DNA from: a virus | Reading direction: 5' to 3' (one strand) | Virus record (IMG/VR): IMGVR_UViG_3300022752_000027 | Span: 1 to 64,000 of that record | Length of the DNA: 64,000 nucleotides | Part shown: piece after piece, positions 60,813 through 64,000 of the stretch | Position numbering within the stretch: position 1 is the first letter of the stretch | How the letters are laid out: each line of letters opens with the position of its first letter | The notes under the pieces: generated by a model | What the model saw: the letters and a program-made list of their open reading frames with translations, nothing else | Told to the model about the DNA's origin: nothing | Database searches by the model: none | Position numbers and translations under genes: made by a program

Positions 60813-61373
60813 TTAAAGATGCTGGAACAAAGATATAGATTTAATCTCTGCCTTCAAATTTTCTTTCTCTAAATCTGGCTTTGAACATAACTCCCCAACC
60901 TCACGTAAGATTTTCTCACTGACATTCAACAGGTTAGCATATTGCTCATAGTAAATTTCGGGATTCAGATAACTATTTATTTGGTGATAATTAGACTTGT
61001 TTGCCATAAAAAACTTTAGGATTTTATTCTTGGTATCAGTACTCATTTTAGAATACTTGCCATCAAGAAAATATCCCCAGTCTATAGCATATTCCGTCAT
61101 ATCAAAAACATAAACACCTTCGTCATCTTCAGTTTCATAATAAGAGTGAAACAATTTATTACTTGTAAGTTTTGTTTTCTCAAATCTTCTGAAGACATCA
61201 TCGTCCCTTAGATGATATACACACACAAACTTCATATCTTCAGGAACATATTGACCGGTCCAACTGATATAACTTTCAATTGGAACAGCCTCAGAACCTT
61301 TTCTAATATCCAGAAGCGGATATATAAACAATCTAGACTTTTGGATATATTCAGTATACAGTTTATTAATCAT
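60813..61373 (-). CDS. Hypothetical protein
   Basis: 186-aa ORF (YIQKSRLFIYPLL...GKYSKMS). Confidence 0.6.
   Translation of the reverse strand: MINKLYTEYIQKSRLFIYPLLDIRKGSEAVPIESYISWTGQYVPEDMKFVCVYHLRDDDVFRRFEKTKLTSNKLFHSYYETEDDEGVYVFDMTEYAIDWGYFLDGKYSKMSTDTKNKILKFFMANKSNYHQINSYLNPEIYYEQYANLLNVSEKILREVGELCSKPDLEKENLKAEIKSISLFQHL
60828..60858 (-). promoter_or_regulatory. Bacteroidota housekeeping-sigma promoter (-33/-7)
   Basis: On the - strand: TTTG (60858-60855), 19 nt, TATCTTTG (60835-60828), matching TTTG-N19-21-TAnnTTTG; ~25 nt upstream of ATG 60802. Confidence 0.7.
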
Positions 61374-61375
61374 GT

Positions 61376-62335
61376 TTATAGGGTGATTTTACCTGTTGCA
61401 AACTCATAAGGTAAAGCGTAGTATCGGTTATCATAATGATATCTAGCTACTTCAAGTTTGTTTCTAAGTTTTTCTCTCCATAATAACATAGTATTTTTTT
61501 CAACATCAAACACATATACCTGCTGATATTTGTCAATTACTAAAAAACTAAAGCTGATATCTGATGGATCAATCTGCTTTGTGCAAGATACAAGCTCAAT
61601 ATACATTGCTGCTTGCATCCAGTAGTTATAGTACTCAACTGTATCTGCAAAATCACTAATAGTCTTACTAGTAGTTTTAAGGTCGCAAACTGTAATCTTA
61701 GAATCCTTTGTTATAATTCTATCTACAATACCTTTAATACCAAAAGGGTAATCACTAATGGTACAGTTTAACATTACCTCGCTTTCTACATAGTCACCAG
61801 ATAAAGTATCCATAGCCATCTGGTTACTTCTAATAACCTCTACTGAATTCTTTGCTCTAGTGTACATATCCTCATCAATAACATCCTTACCAGATCTATT
61901 TTTCAGGAACTCAAAATAACTTATGGCGTCATCCGTCAGGATTTTTTCTAGTCTCTGCTCATCCGTTTTAAGTCTCTGATGAAAATTAACATCTTTAAGG
62001 ATGTCAAGTATTTCGCTCTGAAAACTTGACATTGATTCATCTGTACGTCTCTGTTCTATAGCAGTTCTAAATACACGATCTATTACCTGTTTGGTTGGAC
62101 CTGTAGGTACAGACCCAGAAGCAAGAACAAATTGCTTATCAAATGATTCTGCATCAAGCAGAAGGCAGTGCAATAGCCTGCCCTCTACAAGATGCGTATC
62201 TGTTCTATCCTCCTGTTGGTTTAGAATGTAATGCTTATAGAATATAGACGGTGAATACAATAACTTATTTAATCCAGAGTAACTGAAATAAAACTTGTTT
62301 TCGTAAAATCTATCTTCTGCTTGGGGATCAAACAT
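61376..62335 (-). CDS. PD-(D/E)XK exonuclease (Cas4/RecB/ExoVIII-like)
   Basis: SYSGL, G.LLHCLLL, E..KGIVDRI, DLKTT, YWMQAAMY. Confidence 0.85.
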   Translation of the reverse strand: MFDPQAEDRFYENKFYFSYSGLNKLLYSPSIFYKHYILNQQEDRTDTHLVEGRLLHCLLLDAESFDKQFVLASGSVPTGPTKQVIDRVFRTAIEQRRTDESMSSFQSEILDILKDVNFHQRLKTDEQRLEKILTDDAISYFEFLKNRSGKDVIDEDMYTRAKNSVEVIRSNQMAMDTLSGDYVESEVMLNCTISDYPFGIKGIVDRIITKDSKITVCDLKTTSKTISDFADTVEYYNYWMQAAMYIELVSCTKQIDPSDISFSFLVIDKYQQVYVFDVEKNTMLLWREKLRNKLEVARYHYDNRYYALPYEFATGKITL

Positions 62336-63416
62336 CTACTTCCTCTGTTTTGGTTGTTTGCATATATTCTTCGTACGGCATTGGTACAATACTTACTCTA
62401 AGAAGATTATTCTCCTGTATCTCGCGCATTATACCATAGTCACTAACCTTATTAATTATTTTCTCTACCAGTGCACCGTAGATTTCCTCAGTAAGGCAGC
62501 TGTTTTCTTTGAATAAAGCCAACGCTTCTATATTATCTGCATGCTGTAGCTTTGCAACTGCTGCCATAAAAGTCTTATGCGCCTTGGTATTACGATGTTT
62601 ATAATAAGCAATGGCATAATTTACTTCTTTAAGCAGCTTCCAGATATAATAAGACGATGGACTTATGTTACAGTTATATAACATGTTCATTGCTACAGAC
62701 TTATCTTCATCACTACCACGGAGCATCATTAGTAATGTATCATAGATATCTTGATCTATAGTAACCTTATCTATTCCCTTGAATAAACTATTGACACTAA
62801 CAACAGGTAGTTTTTTAGACAGCATTGTATACAGAATGAAGGCACCATCATCGGTGATATATTTTCTTCTACGTTCATTAGCATACATTGTCCAGTCTTC
62901 ATACCTACTGTTAAGTTCTTTGGTATACATTACACAAGTTTGCTGGTTAAGATAATCAGGACTAACCCCTGCTCTAGAAGACATGAAATTTATAAATTCA
63001 TTCTTAAGACCAACACCACAATCCTCAAATTCTAGGACATTAGTATGCCCATCTATTAATAGTGCCCTAGAATCTACAGCATGATCATACATTGAAGCAT
63101 AATCTGCTATATGATCATTGCCAATAATGAAATTTGCATTACTAATATCATTAGTAATCTTAAGCTCATACCTTTTGCAAATCTCTTTAATGTCATCTTT
63201 CTTAAGATTATTCTTTGGCAAGATAAATCCTTTGGCACCTTTAGGTATACTGGTTATATCTGTATACGTAGTAAAGACTTTATGTATCTTACTATAATTA
63301 TCATCATTAAGAAAATGAACATTATAGTGCATACCAGGTCTGAGCATTAGCCCAGACCTTTCAATAAACTTTAATCTACTTAATTGTTCCTCTGTTAATT
63401 TTATGCTTCTCTGCAT
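62328..63416 (-). CDS. Hypothetical protein, possible BRCT-like N-terminal domain
   Basis: KDDIKEICKRYELKITNDISNANFIIG resembles a BRCT helix-strand segment. Confidence 0.45.
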   Translation of the reverse strand: MQRSIKLTEEQLSRLKFIERSGLMLRPGMHYNVHFLNDDNYSKIHKVFTTYTDITSIPKGAKGFILPKNNLKKDDIKEICKRYELKITNDISNANFIIGNDHIADYASMYDHAVDSRALLIDGHTNVLEFEDCGVGLKNEFINFMSSRAGVSPDYLNQQTCVMYTKELNSRYEDWTMYANERRRKYITDDGAFILYTMLSKKLPVVSVNSLFKGIDKVTIDQDIYDTLLMMLRGSDEDKSVAMNMLYNCNISPSSYYIWKLLKEVNYAIAYYKHRNTKAHKTFMAAVAKLQHADNIEALALFKENSCLTEEIYGALVEKIINKVSDYGIMREIQENNLLRVSIVPMPYEEYMQTTKTEEVDV

Positions 63417-63422
63417 ACATTA

Positions 63423-64000
63423 TTATTTTACGGCCATTTTAACGATTTCAGGATCAATCATAAGCTTAGTAAACTTGGCTTTATTACCATTGATTACATT
63501 CTTAATGATGTGATATTTAATGTCATTAGTAAATACATCGGCAGTTACTATATTCTTTACGCGCTCTAGGATCTTATCTGTTACTGTCTCTGTATTACTA
63601 TAGTTAACAGTATAATTAATAAGACGAGTAGCTAGAACACTTGCAATGTCAGCACGATAATTAGAACCTGTTCCAATTGTTTCATACATCTCAGACTTGA
63701 TGTTATCCCAGTTCTGATTCAGGAGAATCTGATTAGGAGAAATCATCTTGTCAAGCTTGTTATTGATAAACATTGTAAACATTGTACCGAATGTCTCACC
63801 TACAGAACCTTCTGCAATAAATTGAATCATTGGAAGATTGTTCTCGAAAGAATCAAAGCTACTAATAGAGTTAAAGAATGTAGTAATACTACGAGCATTT
63901 GTTTCTTTAGTAACTAGCTCTGGATGCAACAATAGGAAGTTGATACAACGAGTATCTAGCTTTGCAGATTCTGCCCATTTTGCCCAGCAATCTATATCAA
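63423..64000 (-). CDS. AAA+ (MoxR-like) ATPase, C-terminal part; 5' end outside the window
   Basis: Frame is open to the window edge (DIDCWAKWAE...RCINFLLLHPE...NARS); lid/sensor-like region only, Walker motifs not visible. Confidence 0.55.
   Translation of the reverse strand, partial: DIDCWAKWAESAKLDTRCINFLLLHPELVTKETNARSITTFFNSISSFDSFENNLPMIQFIAEGSVGETFGTMFTMFINNKLDKMISPNQILLNQNWDNIKSEMYETIGTGSNYRADIASVLATRLINYTVNYSNTETVTDKILERVKNIVTADVFTNDIKYHIIKNVINGNKAKFTKLMIDPEIVKMAVK

Noticed and set aside
61376-62335. Cas4-like nuclease as evidence of a CRISPR system
   Set aside because: No repeat-spacer array or other cas genes seen; solo PD-(D/E)XK nucleases are common in phage replication blocks.
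1-64000. Stop-codon reassignment, as seen in some crAss-like phages
   Set aside because: Genes are long and tightly packed in the standard code; TAG (18981) and TGA (4396, 5282) act as stops.
1-64000. tRNA or other structured RNA genes
   Set aside because: Intergenic gaps are short (about 120 nt or less) and explained by terminators or promoters; no cloverleaf recognised by eye. A covariance-model search was not possible.

Overview
A 64-kb segment of a crAss-like phage (Crassvirales-type podovirus), most likely infecting a Bacteroidota host; genes read cleanly in the standard code. On the + strand (1-56368) is the late/virion module: major capsid protein, a cluster of tiny Lys-rich ORFs interrupted by a GIY-YIG endonuclease, adaptor/ring and Dps-like genes, Cys-rich fibre/adhesin genes, an IHF/HU-like gene, the tail stabilisation (muzzle) protein and seven putative ejected cargo proteins, including a 3338-aa virion RNA polymerase (DFDIDK). 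On the - strand (56423-64000), converging with it, is a replication block: family B DNA polymerase, PD-(D/E)XK nuclease, AAA ATPase, DUF932-like and NTP-pyrophosphatase-like genes. Three observations stand out. (1) The seven cargo proteins (~9,900 aa) have only four cysteines by my reading, all at the facing termini of the three largest proteins, suggesting a head-to-tail Cys-linked ejection chain. (2) The GIY-YIG element splits a small gene and appears to supply a replacement N-terminus. (3) An x-x-Gly-Gly motif recurs in the small basic proteins and the first cargo proteins. All family assignments come from motif recognition and synteny, not database searches.
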